Shown here: in pieces, positions 38,204 through 52,385 of the stretch
How positions within the stretch are numbered: the first letter of the stretch is position 1
Layout of the letters: every line of letters begins with the position of its first letter
Source of the DNA: Propionibacteriaceae bacterium
GTDB lineage: Bacteria > Actinomycetota > Actinomycetes > Propionibacteriales > Propionibacteriaceae
Length of the DNA stretch: 64,000 bases
Direction: 5' to 3'
Assembly (NCBI GenBank): GCA_031266665.1
Contig: JAISAO010000053.1
Location: 4,377-68,376 of the forward strand
The notes under the pieces: generated by a model
Seen by the model: the letters and a program-made list of their open reading frames with translations, nothing else
Databases searched by the model: none
What the model was told of the DNA's origin: nothing
Position numbers and translations under genes: made by a program

Positions 38204-39523
38204 TCAGCGCCCGCCTTTGCCCCGGGCTTTGACTTGGAGGTGGATCGGGCTGCCGACGAAGCCGAAGTCTTGGCGCAGGCTGCGCTGGACGAAACGCAGG
38301 TACGGCTGGTCGAGTTCGCCAGTGGTGAACAAGACGAAGGTCGGGGGGCGGCTTTGGACTTGGGAGGCGAACAGGATGCGGGGCTGGCGGCCGCCCCGCA
38401 CGGGATGGGGGTGGGAGGCCGCCAATCGGCCCAGGAAAGCGTTCAGCCGACCGGTGGTGAGCCGGCTCTCCCAGCCTGCCAGGGCGGTCTCGACGGCTTG
38501 GCCCAGCTTGGCCACGCTGCGCCCGGTCAGAGCCGACAGGTTGATGCCGGGAGCCCAGGCGACGTGGCCCAGGTCGCGCTCGATCTCCCGGTCGAGGTAG
38601 CGCCGCCGCTCGGCGTCGACTAGGTCCCATTTGTTGTAGACCAGGACCAGGGCCCGCCCGGCCTCCACCACCAGGGACAAGATCCGCAGGTCCTGCTCCG
38701 ACACCGGCTGGGAGGCGTTGAGCACCACCAGACAGGCCTCGGCCCGCTCGACCGCCGACTGGGTGCGGAGCCAGGCGTAGTACTCGTGGCCGCTGGCCTC
38801 CTTCAGGCGGCGCCGGATGCCGGCCGTGTCCACGAATTGATAGGTCACGCCGTCCAGGTCGACCAACTCGTCCACTGGGTCGACCGTCGTCCCGGCGACG
38901 TCGTCGACCACCGACCGGGGTCGCCCGGACAGCCGGTTCAGCAAGGACGACTTGCCGACGTTGGGCTTGCCCACGATGGCCACCCGGCGCGGCCCGTCCT
39001 CGGCCTCGTCGGCCTCCGGGGGGGCGTCGGGCAGAGCCGCCAAGATAATGTCCAGCAGGTCGCCGGCGCCGCGGCCGTGCAAGGCCGAGACCGGTTGCGG
39101 GGCGCCCAGCCCCAGACTCCACAAACTGGCGGCCTCGGTCTCGGAGCGGGCGTCGTCGGCCTTGTTGGCCGCCAGGATGACGGGTTTGCGCGAGCGCCGC
39201 AGGACCGGCACCACGGCCTCGTCCTGGTCGGTCGGGCCGACCGTGGCGTCGACCACGAAGACGACCGCGTCGGCCATCGCCACCGCCGCCTCGGCCTGCT
39301 CGGCGATCTGGGCCGCCAGCCCCTTGGCCCCAGTCGTCCAACCGCCGGTGTCGGCCAGGACGAACTCCCGGCCGCGCCAAACAGCGTCGTAGCAGACCCG
39401 GTCCCGGGTGACACCGGGGACATCCTCGACCACGGCCTGACGCCGGCCCAACAACCGGTTGACCAAGGTTGACTTGCCGACGTTGGGGCGCCCGACAATG
39501 GCGACGACGGGCTTGGCAGCCAT
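38204..39523 (-). CDS. der: ribosome-biogenesis GTPase Der (EngA)
   Basis: Two G domains (GRPNVGKST...DTGG; GKPNVGKSS...DTAG...NKWD) plus a KH-like C-terminus. AGAGAGGGGGG lies upstream of the ATG. Confidence 0.95.
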   Translation of the reverse strand: MAAKPVVAIVGRPNVGKSTLVNRLLGRRQAVVEDVPGVTRDRVCYDAVWRGREFVLADTGGWTTGAKGLAAQIAEQAEAAVAMADAVVFVVDATVGPTDQDEAVVPVLRRSRKPVILAANKADDARSETEAASLWSLGLGAPQPVSALHGRGAGDLLDIILAALPDAPPEADEAEDGPRRVAIVGKPNVGKSSLLNRLSGRPRSVVDDVAGTTVDPVDELVDLDGVTYQFVDTAGIRRRLKEASGHEYYAWLRTQSAVERAEACLVVLNASQPVSEQDLRILSLVVEAGRALVLVYNKWDLVDAERRRYLDREIERDLGHVAWAPGINLSALTGRSVAKLGQAVETALAGWESRLTTGRLNAFLGRLAASHPHPVRGGRQPRILFASQVQSRPPTFVLFTTGELDQPYLRFVQRSLRQDFGFVGSPIHLQVKARGKGGR

Positions 39524-39698
39524 CTACCCCCCTCTCTTGCGGCCCCAATCCTAGATGGCTGACTCCAGGGCGCCCCCAACCGCTCTCCGCCCTCCCGTCT
39601 AAGCCCTGGCCCGGCCGCCGGCCCCGAGGGCCGATCCGGCTGACCCGCCGAAAGCTGTCGGAAGTTTGTTGCCTGGCCGGACGGCCCCTATAATCGTC

Positions 39699-39704
39699 CT
39701 CGCT
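39699..39704 (+). promoter_or_regulatory. candidate -10 element (TATAAT) for the surface-protein gene
   Basis: A perfect TATAAT hexamer in a GC-rich spacer, about 70 nt upstream of ATG 39776. No good -35 at 17 nt. Confidence 0.3.
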
Positions 39705-39775
39705 AGGCCTCCTCCAAGACTGACCAAGGCTGAGGCGTGGCCAGACCAGCCGCCCGAGGAAAGATATGGTGCATT

Positions 39776-40720
39776 ATGCGTAGGGTTTTGGCCGGATGTG
39801 TGTGTGGTTTGGCTGTGGCGCTGGCCGCTTGGTCGCCGGCCGTGGCCGCCGATCCAGAGCCGGCCGACTTCTGCGCCGAGTACCCCGGGGTGTCGGCCTT
39901 GCTGACCGAACTGTATGGCCAGTACATGGACTCCGACCCCGACGCCGACCCCGATCTGCCCTATATCCACAGCCAACTGGTCGCGGTCAACAACGTTTTG
40001 GCCTACCTGATGACCGACCCGGACATCCCGGACGAGTTGTACTCCAATATGGCCTATGTCCAGCCCTATTTCGCCGAGCTGCAAGAGGCCATGCGCGACC
40101 GCTACCCGGACAAGCCGGGCCAGCAGATGGACTACAACAAGGTCTCCCAGCTGATGACCGATGAGAAGCGGGCCGACATCAGCGACAAGGTCATGGCGAT
40201 GCGGTCGGTCGGCGCCTCTTATTGCGGTCTCGACTCCGAGCCGACGGCCAGCGACGAGCCGACGGCCAGCGCCACCCCCAGCCACAGCGCCCAGCCCAGC
40301 GCCACCGCCCAACCCAGCGTCAGCCTCAGCCCGACGACCGCCCCCAGCCTGGCCCAGGACAAGGTCACCATCATCCAGTCCGGCGCCAAGTTCACCTTCG
40401 TGGCCTCCGGCTTCCAGGCCGGGGAACAGGTCACGGCCACGGTCGACGCCACCATCGCCGTGGGCCAGAAGGTCGCCCCGGCCTCGGGGGTGGTGTCCTT
40501 CGAGTGGACCGCCAAGACCGCCGGCCAGCACAGCGTGACCATCGCCGGGCCCGTCTCCGGCAACGTCACCAAGACCTTCACCGCCTCCGCCCTGCCGGCC
40601 ACCGGCGATGCCTGGTCGGCCACCGTCGTCAGCCTGGCCGCCCTGGCCGCCCTGGCCCTGGCGGCACTCTGCGGCTTGGCGGCGGCGGCCGCCTCCACCG
40701 CCGGGACGAGGCGTCTCTGA
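39776..40720 (+). CDS. sortase-anchored (LPATG) cell-surface protein, paralog 1
   Basis: ORF 39737..40720 trimmed to ATG 39776 (MRRVLAGCVCGLAVALAAWSPAVA/ADP signal peptide). C-terminal LPATGD, then a hydrophobic stretch, then RRL. Shares modules with the next gene. Confidence 0.8.
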   Translation: MRRVLAGCVCGLAVALAAWSPAVAADPEPADFCAEYPGVSALLTELYGQYMDSDPDADPDLPYIHSQLVAVNNVLAYLMTDPDIPDELYSNMAYVQPYFAELQEAMRDRYPDKPGQQMDYNKVSQLMTDEKRADISDKVMAMRSVGASYCGLDSEPTASDEPTASATPSHSAQPSATAQPSVSLSPTTAPSLAQDKVTIIQSGAKFTFVASGFQAGEQVTATVDATIAVGQKVAPASGVVSFEWTAKTAGQHSVTIAGPVSGNVTKTFTASALPATGDAWSATVVSLAALAALALAALCGLAAAAASTAGTRRL

Positions 40721-40855
40721 GGCGACTGGAGGCGATTGAAACAATTATGAAGCTCTTCATGAAGCTCTTACCCCAGGCCCCTGCAATGCCTATAGACTGC
40801 GACCGGGCGTTATCGCGCCGCGTCGTTCCCGACCCACAGAAGGTGGCAACGTCAA

Positions 40856-44539
<3,684 letters not shown>

Positions 44540-44559
44540 GCCCGGCCTGACTAGATATT

Positions 44560-44600
44560 CGTCCGCCCGGTCCCGTGATGGGGCCGGGCGGACGGGTTTT
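44560..44600 (+). terminator. rho-independent terminator of the large surface-protein gene
   Basis: 15-bp stem CGTCCGCCCGGTCCC / GGGGCCGGGCGGACG (one G-U pair) with loop GTGAT, followed by GGTTTT. It begins about 20 nt after the stop. Confidence 0.75.
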
Positions 44601-44608
44601 GGTCCAGG

Positions 44609-44785
44609 CTAATGGGTTGTCGCAGCTAAAAGTTGGAGGCTGAGCGGTGTCGGGCGATGTCGCTGGCCAGGCGGAGGGAGCGGGCTAGACGCCCGCCGAC
44701 TGACCACAACGCCGCCAGCGGCGGCGTCCGGCGATGCCAGTTTGATGTTTTAGGCTTTGATGTTTTAGGCGCGACAGCTCACTAG
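44609..44785. repeat. MITE-like structured repeat, copy C
   Basis: Termini CTAATGGGTTGTCGC / GCGACAGCTCACTAG. The interior is nearly identical to copy B, with an extra internal 13-nt duplication (TTTGATGTTTTAGGC motif twice). Central hairpin GCGGGC-TAGAC-GCCCGC (44680-44696). The right terminal CTAG contains the TAG stop of metG. Confidence 0.8.
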
Positions 44786-46569
44786 TCGACGGGCTCGAGC
44801 GGGGCCCAGCTGGGACCGGTCCGGCCCAGAGCCTCGTCCAGCTTGTGGAAGATCGGGCTCGGCTTGGCCAGCGGCCGGCCGACCGGGATCGGCTGCGACC
44901 GCCAGCGGGCCAACTGGTCGGCCCCGCCGCCGGTCAGCACCGGGTAGTCGGCGTTACCCTCCTCGGACACCTCGACCAGTTCGGGCTGGGCCGCCCAGAC
45001 GCCTTGGCCGCCCAGTTGCTCGAAGACGCGCTGGGCGGCGTGGGGCAGGAAGGGGGTCAACAGCGTGTTGCAGTCCCAGACGACTTGCAAGACGGTGTGC
45101 AGAACCGTGTCCCGGCGGGCCGGGTCGCTCAGCTTCCAGGGCTCGGCCCGGGAGAGGTATTTGTTGGCCGCCGACACCAAGGACATGGCCTGGCCGATGG
45201 CCTGCTTGAAATGGGCCCGTTCCAAGGCCTGGCCGACCTCGGCGTAGGCCGAGCCGGCGGCCGCCAAGAGGTCCTGGTCACCTCGCTGCAGCGGTCCGGG
45301 GGCGGGTATGGCCCGGTTGTGGCGGAACGCCAGGCTGATCGACCGGTTGACCAGGTTGCCCCACTCGTTGTTCAACTCGGTGTTGTTGCGGCGGACGAAC
45401 TCGTCCCAGGTGAAATCGGTGTCCTGGTTCTCGGGCCCGGCCACGGCGATATGGTAGCGCAGGGCGTCGGGGCCGAATTGGTTCAAGAAGTCGCCCACGT
45501 AGATGACCTGCTGGCGGCTGGTGGAGAACTTCGACCCGGACATGGTCAGATACTCCGAGGAGACGATCTCGGTCGGCAGTTCCAACGTTCCGAAACTGGA
45601 CGGCTGACCCCCCCGGTCGCCTTGGCCATTGGCCCCCAGCAGGATGCCGGGCCAGATCACCGAATGAAAAGTGATATTGTCTTTACCCATGAAGTAGTAG
45701 GACTCGGCCGCCGGGTCCTGCCACCATTCACGCCAGGCCTGGGGCCGGCCCTGGCGGCCAGCCCATTCGATCGAGGCCGAGAGGTAGCCGATGACGGCGT
45801 CGAACCAGACGTAGATCGACTTCATCGGATTGTCGGACCAGCCCGCCACCGGCACCGGGATGCCCCAGTCGAGGTCGCGGGTGATGGCTCTGGGGCGCAA
45901 CTCCTGGATCAGTTGGCGGGAGAACTTCATGACGTTGGGCCGCCAGTCCGTGCGCCGCTCCAGCCAATGGCCGAGGGATTGTTTGAGGGCCGGCAGGTCG
46001 AGGAAGAAATGTTCCGTCTCGACGAACAAGGGCCGCTCGCCGTTGACCCGCGAGCGGGGCTCGATCAGGTCCACCGGGTCGAGTTGTTGGCCACAGTTGT
46101 CGCACTGGTCGCCCCGGGCGGCCGGGAAGCCGCAGATCGGACAGGTGCCCTCGATGTAGCGGTCGGCCAGGGTGCGCCCGGTGGAGGGCGAGATGGCGCC
46201 CAACTGGGTGTGGGGCACGACGTAGCCGTTGGCCAGCAGCGCCCGGAACATCTCCTGGGTGACGGCGGCGTGGTTGCGCGTGGTGGTGCGGGTGTAGAGG
46301 TCGTAGGTCAGACCCAGGCGGCGCAGGTCCTCGGCGATCACCCGGTGGTATTTGTCGACCGTCTGCTGAGGGGTCAGACCTTCCGTGTCGGCTTGGACCT
46401 GGATGGCCGTGCCGTGCTCGTCCGAGCCCGACACCATCAAAACCTCGTCCCCGGCCATCCGGCGGTAGCGGGCGAAGACATCGGCCGGCACCCCGAAACC
46501 GGAGACGTGCCCGATGTGGCGGGGGCCGTTGGCATAGGGCCAGGCCACAGCGACCAGGATTTTAGACAT
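44782..46569 (-). CDS. metG: methionine--tRNA ligase
   Basis: [24 protein letters not shown] (HIGH motif), zinc knuckle CPICG...CDNCG, and KMSKS variant GSKFSTS. Confidence 0.95.
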   Translation of the reverse strand: MSKILVAVAWPYANGPRHIGHVSGFGVPADVFARYRRMAGDEVLMVSGSDEHGTAIQVQADTEGLTPQQTVDKYHRVIAEDLRRLGLTYDLYTRTTTRNHAAVTQEMFRALLANGYVVPHTQLGAISPSTGRTLADRYIEGTCPICGFPAARGDQCDNCGQQLDPVDLIEPRSRVNGERPLFVETEHFFLDLPALKQSLGHWLERRTDWRPNVMKFSRQLIQELRPRAITRDLDWGIPVPVAGWSDNPMKSIYVWFDAVIGYLSASIEWAGRQGRPQAWREWWQDPAAESYYFMGKDNITFHSVIWPGILLGANGQGDRGGQPSSFGTLELPTEIVSSEYLTMSGSKFSTSRQQVIYVGDFLNQFGPDALRYHIAVAGPENQDTDFTWDEFVRRNNTELNNEWGNLVNRSISLAFRHNRAIPAPGPLQRGDQDLLAAAGSAYAEVGQALERAHFKQAIGQAMSLVSAANKYLSRAEPWKLSDPARRDTVLHTVLQVVWDCNTLLTPFLPHAAQRVFEQLGGQGVWAAQPELVEVSEEGNADYPVLTGGGADQLARWRSQPIPVGRPLAKPSPIFHKLDEALGRTGPSWAPLEPVD

Positions 46570-46633
46570 GGCCGCCAGCGTACCGCCCCGCCGCCGGATC
46601 GTCCCGGCGCCAGTCCGGCTCGGGGCTCAGGGC

Positions 46634-47854
46634 TCAGAGCCGGGGGGACAGGCTCTGAGCCCAGTCCACCAGCGTCTCGGCCTGGGTGATCATCCGGGTC
46701 GTCTCACGCCGCCAGTCGGGCTCCTGGCCGCGATAGGGGCCGGTGGCCAGCGAGATCACCACCGCCGCCGCCCGCAGGCGCAGCTCCACCGGATCGACCC
46801 GGCGGTCGAAGGCCGGCATCCAGGCGGCCAGCAAGCGCCGGATGTGGCGGCTCTGGGACTGGTTCATACGCTGGATGCAATGCAGGTGGGCCACCAGGCA
46901 GGCCAAGTCGTCCACCCGGCGGCCCGGCCCGATGGTGTCGATGTCGATCAGCCCGGAGACGGCCCCGGCCCGGACGAAGACCTGGGCCTCGTAGAAGTCG
47001 CCGTGGGTGGGCTCGTTCCCCGGGGGCCTCCCGGCCAGCCCCCGCTCGATCTGGCCGCCCAGACGGTCCAGGACCGGCCGCAGTTCGGGCAGGGCCGTCT
47101 GGACGATGCCGGCGTAGTGGGCCACGGCGCTGGCCCAGGGGGGCCGCCGCCCCAACTGGGCCACGGTCGGCGGCATGGCGTCGAGCAGGGCGATCAGTTG
47201 TTGGCCGGCGACGGGCGGCGTCGGCTCGAAGACGGCCCGGGCCAGCGGCGTCCCGGGGGTCTCGGCGATCACCAGCAGATGATCGTCGGTGGTGGCCAGC
47301 ACCCGGGGCGAGGGCGTCCCGGCGGCCTCCAACAGGCGGTGGCGGCGGACCACGGCCTCGAAGTGGCTGGGGCGCAGCACCTTGAGGTAGACCGTCTGGT
47401 CGCGGTCGGCCAGCCGCGCCCGGAAGACGGCCCGCCGGCGGGGGCGGTAGCCGATGAGGTCGAGTCGGAGGTTGGCGGCCCGCAACCGGGGGGCGACGTC
47501 GACTTGGCGCAGCAGCGCCGCCAGCGCCACCGGGTCGCTGGCCCGGCGCAGGCCGGGCAGATCGGGATCGTCGGGGTAGACCCAGCAGGCCACCTGCTGG
47601 GACCCGGACTGGACCACCTCGGCCCGACGGTCGGCCGCGGTCAGGCCGGCGGTCCTGACGGTGCAGCCGATGGTCTGGCGACTGACCCGCCCGTCCGAGG
47701 CGACGTCGACCCGATAGGTCGCGGTGACGGCCCGCCCCGGGTCGGCGTCGACGTGGTCCAGGCACCACGACTTGATTGAGGCGCTAGGCCCGACGACGGC
47801 GGTCAACAGCTGAGCGGCGGCTGCCGTGGTCAACAGCGACGTCCCATCAGCCAT
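46634..47854 (-). CDS. phosphotransferase (APH/choline-kinase-like) family protein
   Basis: ORF 46634..47884 trimmed to ATG 47854, 6 nt after GAAGGGA. Catalytic-loop-like THGDFYEAQVF and IDIDT motifs. Substrate unknown. Confidence 0.65.
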   Translation of the reverse strand: MADGTSLLTTAAAAQLLTAVVGPSASIKSWCLDHVDADPGRAVTATYRVDVASDGRVSRQTIGCTVRTAGLTAADRRAEVVQSGSQQVACWVYPDDPDLPGLRRASDPVALAALLRQVDVAPRLRAANLRLDLIGYRPRRRAVFRARLADRDQTVYLKVLRPSHFEAVVRRHRLLEAAGTPSPRVLATTDDHLLVIAETPGTPLARAVFEPTPPVAGQQLIALLDAMPPTVAQLGRRPPWASAVAHYAGIVQTALPELRPVLDRLGGQIERGLAGRPPGNEPTHGDFYEAQVFVRAGAVSGLIDIDTIGPGRRVDDLACLVAHLHCIQRMNQSQSRHIRRLLAAWMPAFDRRVDPVELRLRAAAVVISLATGPYRGQEPDWRRETTRMITQAETLVDWAQSLSPRL

Positions 47855-47976
47855 GTTCATTCCCTTCTTGGGGGTAGAAGTCAATCCATTATGTCACAGG
47901 CGGCCCGGGGCGGCCCGTCTCGCCCGCCAGACGGCCTCAGAAAATGGCCCATCGGTGGATCAGTTCAAGCCGGACC

Positions 47977-49263
47977 TCAGGCCGGCTGGCGCAGGCTGAT
48001 GCGGGCGGCCCGGCGCCCGTCCATGGCCGTCACCGTCAGCTCCACCACCACCGGCTGGTCGCCCGTTCCGGCCAGTTCGGCCGTGACGGCGTCGCCCAGG
48101 CGGGGCAGCTCGCCACGGCGGGCGATCCAGAAGCCGGCCAAGGTGTCATATGGCCCCTCGGGCAGGGTCAGGCCGGTCAGCTCGTGGAATTGCTCCAGCG
48201 TGGTCAGACCGTCGACGCCCTCGCCCTCCGGCTCGCCCGTCAGCTGTGGGTCGTACTCGTCGGTGATGTCGCCCACCAGCTCCTCCACCAGATCCTCCAA
48301 AGTGACGATGCCGGCCAGGCCGCCGTACTCGTCGCGCACCAGGGCCAGGTGGGAGCCCTGACGGCGTAGCTGGGTCAGGGCGTGGAGGACCTTGACCGTG
48401 TCGGGCAGCTCGGCCACCGGACGGACCAGTTGCCGGATGGGGGCGCGCAGGGCCGGCGGGTCCAGGCTCATCAGGTCGCGCACATGGAGGAAGCCGATGA
48501 TGTCGTCGACCGAGCCGCCGGTCACCGGGTAGCGCGAGTGGCTGCCGGCCTCGACGCTGGCGATGGCCTGGCCGGCCGGGGTGGCGCCGTCCAGGAATGT
48601 CACCTCGGTGCGCGGCACCATGGCCTCGCGCAGGGTGCGCTGGCCGGCGGCGAAGACCTCGTCCACGATCCGCCGCTCGTCGTCGCCCAGGAAGTCGGAC
48701 TCCATCACCAGCGAGCGGAACTCGTCTTGGGTGACCTCTTCCCGGGCGGCCTGGGGGTCGCCCCCCAGCAGCCGCACCACCACATTGGTGGACAGGCCCA
48801 AGAACCAGATCACCGGGCTGACCAGTTTGGCGATGAGGTCGACCGGGCCGGCGAAGAGCAGGGCGAAGGACTCGGCCCGCTGCATCGCCAGGCGTTTGGC
48901 CGCCAGTTCGCCCAAGACGATGGAGAAGTAGGAGATCACCAGCGTCACCAGCACCAGGGCGACGCCTTGGGCGCCGGGCAGGCCCAGGTCGGCCAGCTTG
49001 GGGGCCAGGGCGCCGGCCAGGGAGTCGGCCCCCAGCGAGGCCGCCAGGAAGCCGGAGAAGGTGATGCAAATCTGGACGGCGGACAAGAAGCGGTTCGGGT
49101 TCTGGGCCAATTGGGCCACCTTGCGGCCCCGGGCGCCGCGACCGGCCAAGCGGCGGTACTGGGACTCGCGCAGCGACACCAGCGACATCTCGGCCGCCGC
49201 GAAGACGCCGCCCAAGACGATGAAAACGAAGATCAGTCCGACCCTGAGCCACAAACTGTTCAT
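47977..49263 (-). CDS. hemolysin-family / CNNM (DUF21-CBS-CorC_HlyC) membrane protein
   Basis: N-terminal DUF21 TM region (LGGVFAAAEMSLVSL), a CBS pair, and a C-terminal CorC_HlyC domain. Confidence 0.85.
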   Translation of the reverse strand: MNSLWLRVGLIFVFIVLGGVFAAAEMSLVSLRESQYRRLAGRGARGRKVAQLAQNPNRFLSAVQICITFSGFLAASLGADSLAGALAPKLADLGLPGAQGVALVLVTLVISYFSIVLGELAAKRLAMQRAESFALLFAGPVDLIAKLVSPVIWFLGLSTNVVVRLLGGDPQAAREEVTQDEFRSLVMESDFLGDDERRIVDEVFAAGQRTLREAMVPRTEVTFLDGATPAGQAIASVEAGSHSRYPVTGGSVDDIIGFLHVRDLMSLDPPALRAPIRQLVRPVAELPDTVKVLHALTQLRRQGSHLALVRDEYGGLAGIVTLEDLVEELVGDITDEYDPQLTGEPEGEGVDGLTTLEQFHELTGLTLPEGPYDTLAGFWIARRGELPRLGDAVTAELAGTGDQPVVVELTVTAMDGRRAARISLRQPA

Positions 49264-49325
49264 CTGACGGTCGCCTCACCCCTTAGCGTCGGGACCCTGG
49301 ACCAGGATAAGGGCGCCGCGGGTCA

Positions 49326-50909
49326 TTACTCGGGGTGGTAGGCGCAGAAGTCGTCCAGATTCTGGTTGACCGACAAGGCCGTCACCGAGTCGAGGCTGGT
49401 CTCGGCGCCGGGGTCGGTCACGCCGGGGTCGGCCGCGCCGGGATCGGCCGACTGGTTCGGGTCCACCGACGCTGTGGCTGTCGATTCGGCGATGGCCTGG
49501 GCGACCCGCTCGGCCATGAGCTGGAAGTCAGGATTCGTCTGCATGAAGCCGTAGCCGTCGACGAAGCCCAGGCCGGAGATGACGCCCTGCTGCTTGACTT
49601 TCAGCACCAGGTCGAACAGGGGGGCGATGAGAGTGGCCGGGATGTCGGTCCGGATCATGTCGGAGCTGGCCGCCGCGATGGCCTCGTAGCGGGTCAACAG
49701 AATGGCCGGGTCGGCCTGGTCCAGGATGGCTTTGACCACGCAGCGTTGGCGGCCGTTGCGCTGGAAGTCGTCGTCGTATTTCCGACTGCGGGCGTACTGC
49801 AGGGCGTCGCCGCCATTGAGATGTTGGTCGGGGCCGGGCTCGAAGTAGCCCAGCTCGATCGGCTCCTTGGGCAGTTCCTTGTTGATGTTGACCGTGATGC
49901 CGCCGATGGCGTCAACTAGGTCGGTGGCCCCATCGATGTTGACCAGGACGTAGTAGTCGATCTTCTGCCCCAGGGCCTCCCCCACCGACAGCTTCATGGC
50001 GTCGGCCCCGAGGTCGCTGGTGGGGCCGATGATGTCGGGGTCGACGTACATGGGCAGGGTCAAGTACATAGAGTTTAAATAAAATGCGGGATTAAGTGGG
50101 TTGTAGCAATCATACCAGCCACAACCGTCGAACTCCTGGCTCAGCGGCGAGTCGTCCGGGAAGGGCATCTTGGCGGTCTCGCGTGGCACCGACACCAAGA
50201 CCGTGTTACCGCTGGCGGTGTCGATGGAGGCCAACATGATGGTGTCGGTCAGGCCGCCGGTGTCCTCGGTCCGACCGATACCCCGGTCGTAGCCCAAGAA
50301 CAAGACGTTCAGCCGGGGCTTGTTGCCCCAGGGATCGCCGTTGTCGCCCGGGGCGAAGGTCGGCACGGTGACCGAACCTTGGCCCTGGCGGAAGACCGTC
50401 GACAACACCTGGGCGCTGGACAAGGCGTATTGGGCGCCGACCAAGCTGGGGGCCGTGACGGCGAAGGCCAACAGGGCGACCACCACAGCGGCCAGCCCGC
50501 GGCCCGCTCCGCTCAACCGCTGCGGCGCCAAGCTCCAGTAGGTCGCCACCGTCAGACCGGCCCAGGCCAGTCCCAGGCCGACCAGGCCCAAGGAGGCGAA
50601 GCGCAGGACGGAGATGTCGGTCAACAGGGTCAACGCTTGGCCGGGCGCCAGGGCCAGGTAGGCCACGCCCCCCAGGCCGGCCAGGAACAGGATCAAGGCG
50701 ATCAGGCCGGACACCCGCCGCCCGCCCCGCAGCAGGCCCGCCCCGGGGACGACGGTGCCCAGCGCCGTCCAGCCCAGGGCCGACCCCAGACCGCCGCGCC
50801 GACCCGATCCGGCCTTCCGGGCACGGCGCGGACCGTCGCCGGACGAGCCGTTCGAGCGTGACCGGGTGTCGCCCGCCGACCGGCGGGCCCGGCTCTCAGT
50901 CCCAGCCAT
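49326..50909 (-). CDS. LCP (LytR-CpsA-Psr) family cell-wall glycopolymer ligase
   Basis: ORF 49326..50960 trimmed to ATG 50909, with GGAGGTG 11 nt upstream. Basic cytoplasmic tail, TM segments, then LNVLFLGYDRG...GLTDTIMLASID...VLVSVPRE...VNIDGATDLVDAIGGITVNI. Confidence 0.85.
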   Translation of the reverse strand: MAGTESRARRSAGDTRSRSNGSSGDGPRRARKAGSGRRGGLGSALGWTALGTVVPGAGLLRGGRRVSGLIALILFLAGLGGVAYLALAPGQALTLLTDISVLRFASLGLVGLGLAWAGLTVATYWSLAPQRLSGAGRGLAAVVVALLAFAVTAPSLVGAQYALSSAQVLSTVFRQGQGSVTVPTFAPGDNGDPWGNKPRLNVLFLGYDRGIGRTEDTGGLTDTIMLASIDTASGNTVLVSVPRETAKMPFPDDSPLSQEFDGCGWYDCYNPLNPAFYLNSMYLTLPMYVDPDIIGPTSDLGADAMKLSVGEALGQKIDYYVLVNIDGATDLVDAIGGITVNINKELPKEPIELGYFEPGPDQHLNGGDALQYARSRKYDDDFQRNGRQRCVVKAILDQADPAILLTRYEAIAAASSDMIRTDIPATLIAPLFDLVLKVKQQGVISGLGFVDGYGFMQTNPDFQLMAERVAQAIAESTATASVDPNQSADPGAADPGVTDPGAETSLDSVTALSVNQNLDDFCAYHPE

Positions 50910-51037
50910 CAATTGATCATCACCTCCGAGATTCGCCCCATAGTACGCGACCGCGGCCAACCGCCGAAGTGGTCGGGCCAGTGGCCGCCGCCGACCGAGG
51001 TGTCGCCCGCCCGCCCCGGCCGAGGGCCGCCGTCCGG

Positions 51038-51136
51038 CCGGCCAGACCCCGGGGGGCGGTCCGCCTCCAGCCGGCCAGACCCCGGATGGAGGACCGCCTC
51101 CAGACGGTCAAGCCCGGGGCGGCGGGCCGCCTCCGA
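51038..51136. repeat. three ~33-bp tandem units between the GH13 stop and the LCP start
   Basis: CCGGCCAGACCCCGGGGGGCGGTCCGCCTCCAG / CCGGCCAGACCCCGGATGGAGGACCGCCTCCAG / ACGGTCAAGCCCGGGGCGGCGGGCCGCCTCCGA. Each unit carries a small GC hairpin (e.g. GGAGG-ACCG-CCTCC). Confidence 0.7.
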
Positions 51137-51140
51137 TTGG

Positions 51141-52385
51141 TCAGGCCCGGGGCCAGCGGTAGAGGGAGCGGCCGACCGAGTCCCGGATCTCGACTTGGGG
51201 TGACGGCTCTAGCTCCAGGTCGACCACCAGTTCGCCGCCGTCGCCCCGGACGACGTAGACATAACGGGTCATGGTCAAGTCGATCGGCTGGCTGCGCGCC
51301 CGTATCAACCAGGGGTGGCGGCGGCGCAGCCCGATGAGATCTTGGTGCGCCCGGTAGACCGGCTCGCCCCAGGCGCCCAGTTGGGCGACGGTGGCGGGGA
51401 AGGCCGGACGGACGGCGTCGTCGCCACCGGGGCGGTTCTCCTTGCGGGCCTCGAAGCCGCGCTCGTCGCCGTAGTAGATCGACGGCACGCCGCCCACTGT
51501 CATCAACACGGCCAGGGCCAGGACGGCCTTGTCCCCCCCGGCGGCGGTGGCCAGCCGGGTGACGTCGTGGTTGCCGATGAAGGTCAGGGGGAGGAAGTGG
51601 TCCAGGAAGCCGTTGTGGCGTTTCAGGGTCCAGTCCAGCTCGAAGAAGTTGCGGCTGGCCAGCGCGCTCCAAGTCGATTTCCACAACTCGTACTGGGTCA
51701 CCGAGTCGAGGCCGCCGGCCTCCACCCGGCGGGCGTAGTCGCCGTGGATGACCTCGCCCACGAACCAGGCATCGCGGTGGTCTTGGCGCAATTCCGGCAG
51801 GACGGAGCGCCAGAAGGCGTCCGGCACGGCGTAGGCGGCGTCGAGCCGCCAGGCGTCGGCCCCCCGGTTGAGCCAGTGGTCCATCACCTGTTGGACGTAC
51901 AGCGCCACCTCGGGGTTGGCGTGATTGAGGGCCACCAGGTCGCCGTGGCCCTCGAAGACCCGAGGACGGGGCTGGCCGTTGGGCCAGTCGAGGGCGAAGA
52001 AGCCGGCGTAGCGGCCCTCGGGGCCTTCGCGCAGGGCGCGCTGGAACCAGGGGTGCTGGCGGGAGACGTGGTTGAAGACCCCGTCCAGCATCAGCCGCAG
52101 GCCCCGCTGCTGGCAGGCCGACACCAAGGCGTCGAAATCGGACTGGTCGCCCAGGCGGGGATCGATCTGGAAATGGTCCAAGGTGTCATAGCCGTGGGAC
52201 GAGGCGGCGAAGATCGGCCCCAGGGCCAAGCCGTTGACCCCCAGCTCGCGGGCGTAGTCCAGCCAGGCTATGAGGTGGCCCAGGCCACGGCCGGGCTGGG
52301 GGCGGGGCGGGAAGGCGGCGGTGAAGCCGAGGGGGTAGACCTGCCACCAAATGGTCCGCTCGATCCAAGGCGTGGGCTGCTGCAT
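51141..52385 (-). CDS. GH13 alpha-amylase-family glycoside hydrolase (specificity unknown)
   Basis: 414 aa. Motifs GVNGLALGPIF, LDGVFNHV, DAWRLDAAY, VGEVIHGD and FIGNHD. Confidence 0.8.
   Translation of the reverse strand: MQQPTPWIERTIWWQVYPLGFTAAFPPRPQPGRGLGHLIAWLDYARELGVNGLALGPIFAASSHGYDTLDHFQIDPRLGDQSDFDALVSACQQRGLRLMLDGVFNHVSRQHPWFQRALREGPEGRYAGFFALDWPNGQPRPRVFEGHGDLVALNHANPEVALYVQQVMDHWLNRGADAWRLDAAYAVPDAFWRSVLPELRQDHRDAWFVGEVIHGDYARRVEAGGLDSVTQYELWKSTWSALASRNFFELDWTLKRHNGFLDHFLPLTFIGNHDVTRLATAAGGDKAVLALAVLMTVGGVPSIYYGDERGFEARKENRPGGDDAVRPAFPATVAQLGAWGEPVYRAHQDLIGLRRRHPWLIRARSQPIDLTMTRYVYVVRGDGGELVVDLELEPSPQVEIRDSVGRSLYRWPRA

Noticed and set aside
46634-47854. APH-like kinase as the missing maltokinase (Pep2/Mak) for the GlgE pathway.
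   Set aside because: It shares only the generic kinase-fold motifs (HGD..., IDxD). It lacks the N-terminal cap region and the HGDLHLGQVL-type catalytic loop I recall for Mak. It is also separated from the glg cluster by 16 kb of unrelated genes.
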